Positions 21,428 through 31,454 of a stretch of 64,000 nt of DNA are shown here, one piece after another (within the stretch, counting starts at the first letter, position 1; each line of letters starts with the position of its first letter). The notes under the pieces were generated by a model. It was not told where the DNA came from and ran no database searches. It saw only the letters and a program-made list of their open reading frames with translations. A program made the position numbers and the translations under genes. The DNA is taken from positions 1,792,001 through 1,856,000 of the forward strand of contig CBDFJR010000005.1 in assembly GCA_965248535.1 (NCBI GenBank). Direction: 5' to 3'. The stretch is from Phormidesmis sp. Its GTDB lineage: Bacteria; Cyanobacteriota; Cyanobacteriia; Leptolyngbyales; Leptolyngbyaceae.

Positions 21428-22759
21428 ATGAGCGAGTCTTCTATTCGTCCTGCATTAATCACGGCGGTCTTGCCCGACTCGATCGCCGCCGAAATTGGGT
21501 TTGAACCGGGCGATCGCTTAGTCTCAATTAACGGACAGCCGCCCCGCGATCTAATCGACTATCAGTTTCTCTGTGCCGATGAAGTGCTTGATCTGCAAGT
21601 GTTAGACACCAAAGGCAAAACTCATCAAGTCGAGATTGAGAAAGACTACGACGAAGATCTAGGGCTAGAGTTTGAAACGGCTCTCTTTGACGGACTCATG
21701 CAGTGCACCAATCGCTGTCCGTTTTGCTTTATCGATCAGCAGCCGCCAGGAATGCGGGAAACGCTCTATGACAAAGACGACGATTATCGCCTCAGCTTTC
21801 TCTATGGCAGCTATCTGACCCTGACAAATCTGACCGCGAGAGAGTGGCAGCGCATTGAGCAAATGCGGCTTTCTCCTCTGTTTGTCTCGATTCACGCGAT
21901 CGAGCCAGAGGTGAGAAGTCGCTTGCTCAAAAATTCGCGGGCGGGGCAAATTTTGCAGCAGTTGCAGTGGTTTCAAGACCGCCAGTTGCAGATTCATGCT
22001 CAGGTGGTGCTTTGCCCTGGCATCAACGATGGTGACCATCTGACTCGCACTCTTTTAGAGTTAGCCGCCTTTCAGCAGCACGACATTCCAGCCGTCGCTT
22101 CGGTGGCCGTGGTGCCTGTGGGCTTGACCCGCTTTCGACCCGACGAAGATGAGTTAATTGCGGTGACTCCGCAAAAGGCGCAAGAGGTGATCGCCCAAGT
22201 TCAGCAGCTTCAGCAGCAGTTTCAGCAGCGATTTGGCTCGACCTTTGCCTGGTTAGCCGATGAATGGTTTCTGATTGCGGGGCAAGAACTGCCGCCTGAG
22301 TCGCACTATGAAGATTATCCGCAGATTGGCAATGGGGTTGGCTCAATTCGGCAGTTTCTCAAGCAGTTTAAGACAGCAGCCAAGCGATTGCCTCAGCAAG
22401 TGGTGCCCGATCGCTCCCTGATCTGGATTGTGGGCAACGCTGTCGAGCTAGCCTTTCAGCCCATCTTGCAGCGTCTCAACCAAACTAAAGGTCTCACCGT
22501 GAGAATGGTGGCTCTCAATAGTCAATATTGGGGACAAACCATCACCGTGACGGGGTTGCTGACGGGGCAAGACATTTTTCAAGCGCTGCAAGGGCAAGAT
22601 CTAGGCGACGGAATTTTGTTGCCGTCTCTGATGCTCAAGCACGACGATACGCGGTTTTTAGACGATATGCGGGTCGAAGAGCTTGCCGATCGTCTTCAGA
22701 CAAAGATTCAGATTGTACAGGGGCTTGAGGGCTTGATTGAAGCCTGCCAAAATCCTTAG
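21428..22759 (+). CDS. TIGR03279 family radical SAM protein with N-terminal PDZ
   Basis: CTNRCPFC, KDDDYRLSFLYG, YPQIGNGVG. Confidence 0.88.
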   Translation: MSESSIRPALITAVLPDSIAAEIGFEPGDRLVSINGQPPRDLIDYQFLCADEVLDLQVLDTKGKTHQVEIEKDYDEDLGLEFETALFDGLMQCTNRCPFCFIDQQPPGMRETLYDKDDDYRLSFLYGSYLTLTNLTAREWQRIEQMRLSPLFVSIHAIEPEVRSRLLKNSRAGQILQQLQWFQDRQLQIHAQVVLCPGINDGDHLTRTLLELAAFQQHDIPAVASVAVVPVGLTRFRPDEDELIAVTPQKAQEVIAQVQQLQQQFQQRFGSTFAWLADEWFLIAGQELPPESHYEDYPQIGNGVGSIRQFLKQFKTAAKRLPQQVVPDRSLIWIVGNAVELAFQPILQRLNQTKGLTVRMVALNSQYWGQTITVTGLLTGQDIFQALQGQDLGDGILLPSLMLKHDDTRFLDDMRVEELADRLQTKIQIVQGLEGLIEACQNP

Positions 22760-22871
22760 GATTGTGAATTAAATAACTCCGGTCATTGCAAAGTCGTCTC
22801 CCCCTCACTCCCAACCCCTCTTCCAAGTTGGAAGAAGGGAGCAATAGTCCGGCTCCCCTTCTCCTATTTTT

Positions 22872-23082
22872 CTAGCTAATACCAATTTGATTTGTGAATA
22901 CGACAGATCCGCACGAGGGCACGGCAGTGCCATGCCCGTACAAAAAGCGTAGGGGCATGGCATGCCGTGCCCCGTCGGATTGAACGATCAGTCGCAATTG
23001 CATCCGAAATTGGTATAACTCGGCGGGAGACCCCACACCATAACGCTTCGTTTGGTGTGGGGTCTCCCGCCGAGTTAGCTAG
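22872..23082. repeat. CTAG-bounded palindrome interrupted by a MITE
   Basis: Removing 22880-23018 leaves CTAGCTAACTCGGCGGGAGACCCCACACCA-12nt-TGGTGTGGGGTCTCCCGCCGAGTTAGCTAG (perfect 30-bp arms). Confidence 0.8.
22880..23015. mobile_element. 136-bp MITE with TACCAATTT terminal inverted repeats and TAA target duplication
   Basis: TAA(22877-79)-TACCAATTT...AAATTGGTA-TAA(23016-18); contains an inverted pair of REP-like hairpins. Confidence 0.75.
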
Positions 23083-23152
23083 ACGACCGCGTGATCCGTC
23101 CATCGGGACTCCTGAATCCCCAGAATTAAGGGACTTTGATAGAGAGTGGACT

Positions 23153-24085
23153 CTAGCCAAAAATGCTGAGATTGAGGTGAGTGGCTAGCTTTTCTAATAG
23201 AAAAAGTCCGGCGACAGAGTTGCCAGTGAGATCGATCGCCGGGCTATAAGCCGCGATCGCGCCCTCTCTAGGCACGATCGACAGCAGCGCTCCACTCACC
23301 CCCGATTTAGTTGGTAGCCCAATCTGCACTGCAAACCCGCCCGACGCTTCATAGAGACCACAGGTGAGCATCAAGGCATTGACCATCTGCTGATGTTGAC
23401 GAGCAATCACCAAGGGCGGCTGAGACAGCAATAACCCTAACCGAGCCAAATCTTCAACAGTTCCCGACAGGCAGCAGATGTGATTATAAGTGTCGAGGGC
23501 CATCTCAACTGAGGTTAGATGCCCGGCTTGGGAGAGCATATTCGCGATCGCTCGATTAGACTCATTGGCCATTGAGCGAACCGAAGTCAGCATAGCTTGA
23601 TCGAGCACAAGACGAGTCTTTGCCAGACGATTTAGCCAATCGCAAAGGGCATGACAGCGCGACACCCCGCTTTTTCCAGGCAATAGCGCCGCCAGCGCGA
23701 TCGCGCCACTGTTGATCATAGGGTTGCGAGGATGCCCACGATCGCTGCTCAGTTGAGTTAGAGAATGAAAGGGCTGATCAGAGGGCTGCATCCCCACTTG
23801 TTTGAAGACCTCATCGGCCCCCAACCGCTCTAACGCAAACAGCAGCAAAAATGGTTTGATCACGCTCATCAACGCAAAAGGCTGAGTGACTTCACCCGCG
23901 GCAACCGTTTTGCCGCTTGTGGTTAGAATCTTGACCGCAACCGTGTTGGGTTTTGTCTGGGCAAGCAGAGGAATATAGTCAGGCAGTCGCCCTAGTTGCG
24001 TTCTAGTTTGGGCAACAGCAACCCAGGCATCTAGCTGATCCTGAGTTAAGGCATCCAGTCCTATCAAAGAATCTTTCAAGGTCAT
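23153..24085 (-). CDS. glsA: Glutaminase A
   Basis: DYIPLLA, MSVIKP (SxxK), NPMINSGAI, CGLYEASG, PTKSGVSG. Confidence 0.9.
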   Translation of the reverse strand: MTLKDSLIGLDALTQDQLDAWVAVAQTRTQLGRLPDYIPLLAQTKPNTVAVKILTTSGKTVAAGEVTQPFALMSVIKPFLLLFALERLGADEVFKQVGMQPSDQPFHSLTQLSSDRGHPRNPMINSGAIALAALLPGKSGVSRCHALCDWLNRLAKTRLVLDQAMLTSVRSMANESNRAIANMLSQAGHLTSVEMALDTYNHICCLSGTVEDLARLGLLLSQPPLVIARQHQQMVNALMLTCGLYEASGGFAVQIGLPTKSGVSGALLSIVPREGAIAAYSPAIDLTGNSVAGLFLLEKLATHLNLSIFG

Positions 24086-24132
24086 TTTGCCTTTTCTAGC
24101 TGCTCACGCCCTGGGTGTTAGAACTTTGCGGG

Positions 24133-24456
24133 TTAGACTCTAAACTCGTTGGTCTCTTCGGTGTATTCGATCGGCAACACCACCATTAAATTATCACTGG
24201 GTCGTGGGATGTAGTGAGACGACAGAAAAAGCTTATCGCCCTCTTTATTAGAATGGATTTTTTTAGCGGCTTCGATGCCAGCTTCGACGGCCATTTTGAC
24301 TTCAGACACATCTCCTCGAACAATGATCGTCACGTAGGCACCGCTGACTTTTTCCATTTCAACTAAGGTGACACGGGCAGCTTTGACCATAACATCTGCG
24401 ACCGCTAGCGCTGGAGGCAACCCCCGCACTTCCACCATTCCAACCGCGTTGCCCAT
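24133..24456 (-). CDS. ccmK: BMC-H shell protein, orphan CcmK-type paralogue
   Basis: AVGMVEVRG, ADVMVKAARVTLV, VRGDVSEVK, IPRP, VLPIEYTE; RBS-like GGGAGA before ATG 24456. Confidence 0.85.
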   Translation of the reverse strand: MGNAVGMVEVRGLPPALAVADVMVKAARVTLVEMEKVSGAYVTIIVRGDVSEVKMAVEAGIEAAKKIHSNKEGDKLFLSSHYIPRPSDNLMVVLPIEYTEETNEFRV

Positions 24457-24592
24457 TTTGATTCTCCCTTCCCGATCGCACAATACCATCCTTCATTCTA
24501 CGCAGGTTCGTGAGATTAGGGAACAGGAAAGCGTTGAACGGGGCAGCGATCGCACCCGACTAAAAACTCCGCCGATCTAGACCATGACCGAT

Positions 24593-26245
24593 TTATTTCA
24601 ACTGCCCCGATCGAATGATCCCCCAAATCAGCCACAGTCCCAAAAAACTCGCGGTTGCAAATAAGACATCACTCACCCAATAGACCTGACTGGATTGAGT
24701 ATTGGCAGAAATAATCGCCGCACCAATAATCAGCGACCCCACCACCACGCTAAACGATAGACGATTCGCAGAAGTATCGAGAGCACGCCGAACGGGTTCT
24801 AGCTCTCTCACCGACAGATTCCATTGCAGGGTTTCTGAGGTGACACGATCGAGCAACATTTCGACCTGGCGCGGAGACTGTAATGAGAGATTTTTGACAT
24901 CCAAAACGGTTCGCAGCAGGGCGGCTAGGGGGGCTTCGCCGACGATTTGACGCTGAAACACTTCTGTCATCATCGGACGAATTTTGTTGGGAATGTTGAA
25001 GTTAGGATCGAGGGATCGGGCAATGCCTTCTAGGTTAGCGATCGCTTTGGCACACAACCCTAAATTGCCAGGAATGCGAATCTTATTGTTCCGGGCCACT
25101 TGCAGCACTTCATAGACCAGCTTGCTAAAATTCACCTGAGAAATATTGAGACTATAGTAGCGCCGCAGCAGTTGGTCAAATTCGGTTTCGAGCTTGATGC
25201 GATTGATCGGGTGCGTGGGCGGCGCAAGTTGCAGCACGAGTTGAGTGCAGCGTTGAGCATCAAGATTGACGATCGAGAGAATTAATTCCAGCAAAATCTG
25301 CTGAGTGCGTGGGTCGAGTCGCCCCACCATGCCGCAGTCAAACAGAGCAATGCGACCATCTCTGAGATAGAACAAATTGCCGGGGTGCGGGTCAGCGTGA
25401 AAGAATCCGTCGAGGCAGATTTGCTGAAAAAAGGCTTTTAACAACAGCGTCGAGACTTCTTCGCGCTCACGATCGCCATCGCCTTCAAACGCCGGGTTTG
25501 CAAAATTGGCGGACAATAGCGGCACGCCATCAAGCCATTCCATCACCAGCAGTTTCTCAGTGGTCAGATCCCAATTGATTTCGGGCACGGTGAGGCGATT
25601 GGGTTCGATCCAGCGCGAGTCTTGCAGATTGCGCCGCAGCAGATCGGTGTTGTGAGCTTCTTGGGTGAAATCGAGTTCGGCGCGCAGGGCTTGGGTAAAT
25701 TCTTCGGCGATCGAGACAATATCGTAATATTGTCCAAAGTCAGTCTGGGCAACAAGTTTGGCGATCAGACGAATCAGGGCAATGTCTTGCTCAATGACAA
25801 TTTCTAACCCCGGCCGCTGAACTTTGAGCGCCACGTCTCGACCGTCTTTGAGGGTAGCCCGATGAGTTTGAGCGATCGAGCCTGCGGCGACGGGCTGATA
25901 GTTGACCGAGGCAAAGGTTTCTTCGAGCGATTGGCGCAACTGTTGCCGAATCACAATCTCAACTTCTAGCCAATCGACGGCGGGCACTTCGGCTTGCAGA
26001 CTGGATAGGGTGTCGATATATTCGGCGGGCAGCAGGTCGGGGCGGGTGCTGAGGAGTTGTCCGAGTTTGACGTAGACGGGGCCAAGCTCGACTAAAATGT
26101 TTCGCAAAACCGCCGGGGGTGGCAGTTTGGGTTCGTCCACTTTGCCGCCTGTTAACAGCCGTTTCATATAATCCCAGCCGTTGCGAAGCACGACTTCGAC
26201 AATTTCACCTTGTCGAGAGCTAGTTTGGACGATGCGTGAAAACAT
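24593..26245 (-). CDS. AarF/ABC1/UbiB family kinase
   Basis: LGPVYVKLGQLLSTRPDL, VALKVQRP, FFHADPHPGN, DCGMVG; two C-terminal TMs. Confidence 0.92.
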   Translation of the reverse strand: MFSRIVQTSSRQGEIVEVVLRNGWDYMKRLLTGGKVDEPKLPPPAVLRNILVELGPVYVKLGQLLSTRPDLLPAEYIDTLSSLQAEVPAVDWLEVEIVIRQQLRQSLEETFASVNYQPVAAGSIAQTHRATLKDGRDVALKVQRPGLEIVIEQDIALIRLIAKLVAQTDFGQYYDIVSIAEEFTQALRAELDFTQEAHNTDLLRRNLQDSRWIEPNRLTVPEINWDLTTEKLLVMEWLDGVPLLSANFANPAFEGDGDREREEVSTLLLKAFFQQICLDGFFHADPHPGNLFYLRDGRIALFDCGMVGRLDPRTQQILLELILSIVNLDAQRCTQLVLQLAPPTHPINRIKLETEFDQLLRRYYSLNISQVNFSKLVYEVLQVARNNKIRIPGNLGLCAKAIANLEGIARSLDPNFNIPNKIRPMMTEVFQRQIVGEAPLAALLRTVLDVKNLSLQSPRQVEMLLDRVTSETLQWNLSVRELEPVRRALDTSANRLSFSVVVGSLIIGAAIISANTQSSQVYWVSDVLFATASFLGLWLIWGIIRSGQLK

Positions 26246-26445
26246 AGAAGGCGATTTATATAGAGGAATTTTTTTAGGCTAGACTCCTAAAACCTAGCGT
26301 ATGTGAGGATTTTCAGCTATGCAACTTTTGGGACAGGCAGGACGGTTAGCCGCCCGATCGCGCCCCTTACAAACCCAGAAAAACGAGCTAGGGTGAAGAT
26401 GAATCGTCTAGGCTAAAAATCTTTGAACGATCGTGGGGCAAAGGG

Positions 26446-26922
26446 ATGAATCGCTTTTTGAGTGTTGCGGGCAAGCTGGTAGGTAGCGTGTTTTTGTGCG
26501 GGGGCGGCACGGTGACGATCGGGCTGCTGATCGGATTGGCGTTTGTGCATTCCACAGGTTGGGCAATAGCTTTGTGGACGCTGATGGTGATTTTTGGGTT
26601 AGCGCCTTCGGCGATCGGGGGTTTCTTGCTCTACGGCAGTGTTAGGGCCCATCGTCACGCGCTGCGAGAACGGTTTTTTCAACTGTTGCAGGTGAGTCGG
26701 GGTCGGGTTTCTCTGCTCGATTTTGCAAATGCGACGCGGTTAGAGCCTGCGATCGCTCGTCGTCATCTTGATGAATGGGCAAGAGTTTGTCATGCCACGT
26801 TTGAGGTGACTGATGGCGGAGATGTGTATTATGTGTTTTCGGCTGACCCGATCGCGCTTCCGGGCGATCGCCAAGGGCAGGAGTTTCGGCGGGCTGTTCG
26901 GGAGTTTGTTCGCACTTGGTAG
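26446..26922 (+). CDS. Hypothetical two-TM membrane protein
   Basis: Two hydrophobic helices plus a soluble domain ending FEVTDGGDVYYVF. Confidence 0.7.
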   Translation: MNRFLSVAGKLVGSVFLCGGGTVTIGLLIGLAFVHSTGWAIALWTLMVIFGLAPSAIGGFLLYGSVRAHRHALRERFFQLLQVSRGRVSLLDFANATRLEPAIARRHLDEWARVCHATFEVTDGGDVYYVFSADPIALPGDRQGQEFRRAVREFVRTW

Positions 26923-27005
26923 GTTGATCTCAAAAACTCCACGAGTTGGATGAAATGTAGGTAAGGTGGCGATCGCTGAGTGAGTTAGCGATCGCGCTTT
27001 TTTGT

Positions 27006-27221
27006 CTACTTCTCGTCGTCTTTTTGGAGGGCGTGCAGAATTTGAAAGCAGATTTTTAGCAGCAGGATCAGCAGGCTAGCGCTGGGGTTGAGCCAGAGGG
27101 CAAAACTGACGATCACGAATTCGATCACTTTCAGCCACTTTCTTTTATCAGGACTTTTTTTGATAAGTGCTGTAGCTTGCACTGTTTTATCCGACGGTTC
27201 CTTGTCCGGTGGATTTTCCAT
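27006..27221 (-). CDS. Small hypothetical membrane protein
   Basis: 71 aa, charged N-terminus, hydrophobic hairpin; divergent from the NACHT gene. Confidence 0.5.
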   Translation of the reverse strand: MENPPDKEPSDKTVQATALIKKSPDKRKWLKVIEFVIVSFALWLNPSASLLILLLKICFQILHALQKDDEK

Positions 27222-27458
27222 CTGGGGTAATTAGGTTAGGGTAAAAGTGCAGGTAAGACACGCACATGGTTTAATTTGTACGAGTTAAGCTATGGTTTTG
27301 TCTAAGTATGTTAGACTATGATTGACTAACTGTTGACGAGCCAAGCATAACTCCACATTTTTCAGCCGTCAATAGTTTTGCAAAACAATGTATGAGAATG
27401 TATGACTTTGTGTTTTTTAATGCTACAGTGGAGTTGAATTTGAGTTCATGCGAAAACT

Positions 27459-29795
27459 ATGGCGCAACGTGCCTCCCGTTCCCTTCGTCTGCCTGAATCA
27501 GGAATTAACATGGTCAGGCAAGCTATTGCAGCTAAAAATCTAACGCAAAGCGAATTAGCCAGCCAGCTTGGTCTCTCCCGTTCTTCTATTGCCAGCTTTT
27601 TAACAGGTCGTCCTGTAGATCGCCGTTGCTTTATTGAAATTTCTACTGCCCTCTCCCTAGATTGGGAGATGCTCAGTAATATTGATTCTCTTCAAAAGGC
27701 TGAAGAAGAAGGCTCTAGGATTGACACTTTGATGCAAACAATCCGCGAACAGATTAAGCCGATCGTGCGTCAGAAATGTGGCACGATGCGGGTGTTGGAT
27801 ATGGAACAACCGATCGAGCTAACCGGAGAACGCGGCATCTACACCAACGTCAATATTTTGGAGCGCATCACAGGACGAAATCGCTTAGAAATTGCAGAAA
27901 TTTTGCGGAACTGCGGGGTTGAGGAGTTCGATCGGTTTGGACTAAGCCGAGTCACTGAGAAGCGAGTGCCAGGGCTAGAAGCCGTAGAGCAGCACAGCAA
28001 ACTCATGGTGTTGGGCAAACCAGGCGCAGGAAAATCTACCTTTCTAAAATATTTGGCGATGCAGTGCATTGAAGGCAACTTTCAGGCAAACCACATCCCT
28101 ATTTTCATTACGCTCAAAGACTTTGCTGAAGTTAAAGAACAATCCGATTTATTTACCTATATCCATCATCTTATTGAATCAATCGCTTCAGATGCTTTGC
28201 GAAATATTTTGCAGCAAGGTCAACTGTTGGTGTTGTTAGATGGGTTAGATGAAGTTAGAGAAGAAGATACCAAACGAGTTTTACGGCAGATTCTAGATTT
28301 TCTGATCAGTTTCATCTCAATCAGTTTGTGATCACTTGTCGGATTGCCGCAAAAGAATATACGTTTGAGCGATTTACTGAAGTCGAAGTGGCAGATTTTG
28401 ACTCAAAACAAATTGCGACCTTTGCCCAAAACTGGTTTCGACGCAGTGACCCAGTGAAGGCAGATCGCTTCATTGAAAAACTAAAAGAAAATAAACCGAT
28501 TCAAGAATTAGCCAGCAGTCCTTTGCTCTTAACGTTGCTCTGTCTTGTGTTTGGCGAGAAGTGCAGACTTTCCGGCAAATCGGTCTGAGCTTTATAAAGA
28601 AGGCTTAGATATGTCTTGCTCAAAAAATGGGATGGCAAACGTAATATTCAACGAGATCAGCTTTATAAAAATCTGTCGTTAAAGCGCAAAGAAGATCTCT
28701 TGAGCCAAATTGCACTCATAACATTTGAGCGGAAAGAGTACTTCTTTAAACAAAAAGCGCTAGAAGCCTACATTTCTGATTTCATTCGCAACTTACCCAA
28801 TGTTGATTCAGACCCAGAGATTTTGAGAATGGATAGTGAAGCGGTTTTGAAATCGATTGAAGCTGAACATGGCTTGTTTGTAGAACGCGCAAAAAACATC
28901 TATTCATTTTCTCACTTGACCTTTCAAGAGTATTTTGCTGCGAAAGAGATCGTCGCTAACTTTGCTTACAAAAACTTGGTTAACCACCTCACTGAAAAAC
29001 GCTGGCGTGAAGTCTTTTTGCTGACTGCCAGCATGATGCGAAGTGCAGACGGATTTGTTGAGAGCTAATGAAACAAAATATCGACAAAATGCTTGCTGAT
29101 GACGAAAATCTACAGCAGTGTTTCTCAGTTGGGTGAATCAAAAAGCTAGCTCGGTAGAAGTCACCAGCTACTAAACATTTGGTGCTGTTCGGGCTTCTTT
29201 ACTTCTCGCTCGACGTTGAGGATCGAGCGTACACTTTCCCCCGCTCTCGACCTCAAGGTTTTCCGAAGATTTCGACCTTGCTTGCGACCGTGATCTTGTC
29301 CAAAGCGCTCAAGGGCTTGCTTTTGACCTCAACCTTGACCTTGCTCGTGCGTGTACTGAGAGTCTGAATCCTTTGTGGATGCGACCTCGACCTTGACTCT
29401 ACTATTGATGAACCACTCGGAATTTCAACGATCTCGCTTTGCGATCTCGCTCTGCAGACTTTGCCCCTGACTCCGAATTAAAACGTAAGTCAGAAGAAAT
29501 CAAAAATCACCTACCTACTGCCTCACAGGTTAGTCAAGAGAACTTTAAGCAATGGTGGCCAAAAAACGGACAATCCTGGCTTGAAGCAACTGAAAGACCT
29601 AACGATTCAATACCGAAATATTGGGCACGACTGGCAGTTTGAGCCTATGGCAAAAGACAGCTATTAGAACAGTATTATGATGCCAATAGGCTGCTGGTCG
29701 ATTGTCTCAATAGCGATTGTTATGTCAGTCGAGAGGTGCGCCAAGAAATCGAAGACACCCTGTTGTTGCCGATGAGTGAAATCGATCGCGGTTGA
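27459..29795 (+). pseudogene. XRE-HTH + NACHT NTPase with C-terminal helical domain; multiply frameshifted (pseudogene or sequencing errors)
   Basis: HTH (LTQSELASQLGLSRSSI), Walker A GKPGAGKS, Walker B LLDGLDE, ITCR, PLLL, FSHLTFQEYF, C-terminal QYYDANRLLVDCLNSDCYVSREVRQEIEDTLLLP ending at TGA 29793-95; pieces lie in different frames. Confidence 0.85.
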
Positions 29796-29819
29796 CTATT
29801 GCAAACCCAATGCCTCCCC

Positions 29820-30030
29820 TATGTTTTTAACCATGCTAACTATCGCGTCAACCCCAACGCCTCAGCAACGGTAAACCACGCATCATAGCGAGACCTCCGA
29901 ATTCTTAGAGAATTTGGAGGTCTGGGGTTTACGTATGTTCTTAACCATGCCAACTAGCGCGTCAACCCCAGCGCCTCAGCAACGATAAACCACGCATCAT
30001 AGCGAGACCTCGCGAGGTCTGGAGTTTACG
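29820..30030. repeat. Two-unit tandem repeat (114 bp + 97 bp), each unit with an AGACCTC...GAGGTCT hairpin
   Basis: Units start at 29820 and 29934 and match except for a few substitutions and the hairpin interior. Confidence 0.85.
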
Positions 30031-31057
30031 ACCACTCATCGAGCAGCGCTTCTAGAGCCGCTTTCATCTCATTAGGGTTCGTCGTCGTCGTGCCAAACTG
30101 CCGCACCACAATACTCGCAGCAAGATTGCCCAAAACCGCCGCCTCCCAAAAAGTAGCCCCCACCGCCAGACCCAGCGTGAGCGCCGCCACCACCGTATCA
30201 CCCGCCCCCGTGACATCAAACACATCCGTGCGATTAAACGCCGGAATATGCTGCTCAGTGCCAGCCCGATCGAACAACGTCATCCCCTGTTCGCCCCGCG
30301 TAATCAAAAATTGCTTTGCCTGAGTCAGCCTCAACAAATCCCGTCCCGCCTGAGACAGCGTAGCCGCATTTGTGATTTTGTAGCCCACCGCCAGTTCCGC
30401 CTCTGGCAAATTAGGCGTGAAGAGCGTTGCTTTTTGGTAGCGATCGAGACCCACCTGAGCATCCACCACTGCACAAGAATGAGCCAAAACCGCCTCAATC
30501 ACCGACTCAGTGAGCGTGCCATCGCCATAGTCAGAACACACGATCGCATCCACCGTTCCAATATGCTGACGAATATAATCAGCAAGCTGCTGCTGAAGCC
30601 CGATCGACGGCAGATCATCAGACTTGCGATCGATTCTCACAATTTGCTGTGTCACCGACTGCCGAGCGTGCCCAGAAATGCGAGTCTTGGTAATCGTCGG
30701 ACGATCGGGGTCAAGAAAAATGCCTTGCGTGTCAATTCCTGCATCTAAAAAGATTTGCTGAATCACCTGCCCCTGCTGGTCTTTGCCCAACAGACCCACC
30801 GCCTTCACCCGTGCGCCCAGTCGGGCAAAGTTATAAACCGCATTGGCCCCTCCACCCGGCACCTGTCGCGTCGTCTCATGCCGCAAAATCAACACCGGAG
30901 CCTCACGAGAGACTCGCTCAACCTGCCCCGTCATAAATTCATCTAGGGTCAGATCGCCCACAATTAGAATTTTTGCCTGCGAAAACTGATCCATCAGATC
31001 AAACAAGTGATCGGCAGATTGCCGAAGTTGGGCGGTAAACGGGGCATCTAGAGACAT
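30026..31057 (-). CDS. PfkB-family sugar kinase, RfaE/HldE domain I-like (heptose-7-phosphate kinase)
   Basis: VGDLTLDEF, RVSREAPV, PGGGANA, SDYGDG, TPNLPE, DVTGAGDTV. Confidence 0.85.
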   Translation of the reverse strand: MSLDAPFTAQLRQSADHLFDLMDQFSQAKILIVGDLTLDEFMTGQVERVSREAPVLILRHETTRQVPGGGANAVYNFARLGARVKAVGLLGKDQQGQVIQQIFLDAGIDTQGIFLDPDRPTITKTRISGHARQSVTQQIVRIDRKSDDLPSIGLQQQLADYIRQHIGTVDAIVCSDYGDGTLTESVIEAVLAHSCAVVDAQVGLDRYQKATLFTPNLPEAELAVGYKITNAATLSQAGRDLLRLTQAKQFLITRGEQGMTLFDRAGTEQHIPAFNRTDVFDVTGAGDTVVAALTLGLAVGATFWEAAVLGNLAASIVVRQFGTTTTNPNEMKAALEALLDEWS

Positions 31058-31140
31058 AGGACAAGATTTGCAGCGATCGACGCTCTATTGTCGCTCACCA
31101 CGGGAGCGATCGCCCCAAAAATCAACCAGGATTGTCGGCT

Positions 31141-31334
31141 CTGGTAGTTCACCCATTCAACTTTGATTAGTACCGAGCTTTGGCGATAAGGCGATGATCT
31201 TGGGCTTCCGACCCTTGGGGGCACGCCCCCAAACCCCCATTGGGGGACGGTTGCCTCCCCCAAACCCCCTGCAAACGAAATCTTGGCTAAGTGGTTCGAT
31301 ATGACTCCTCGGAGTTAGTTTGGCGGACTACTAG
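31141..31334. mobile_element. 194-bp MITE-like element, copy 2
   Basis: Same length and orientation as 36-229; ends CTGGTAGTTCACC...GGCGGACTACTAG. Confidence 0.8.
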
Positions 31335-31454
31335 CTCGAATGTGGACGTTGCTAAATCATGGGGTGAATTGTCTCCTAAATCTGCCCATGCTGAGGCTCA
31401 AAGTTCCCCAGAATGGCGAATTTAGGGGCGAGAGGATAGACAACCTTCACAGAT

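Noticed and set aside
22876..23188. ORFs 22876-23160 (-) and 22967-23188 (+)
   Set aside because: They run through MITE/palindrome DNA and have no protein-like features
29820..30030. Possible mini CRISPR array
   Set aside because: Only two long units, no unique spacers of regular length, and no cas genes
31048..31263. 71-aa ORF
   Set aside because: Starts inside the 194-bp MITE; likely spurious
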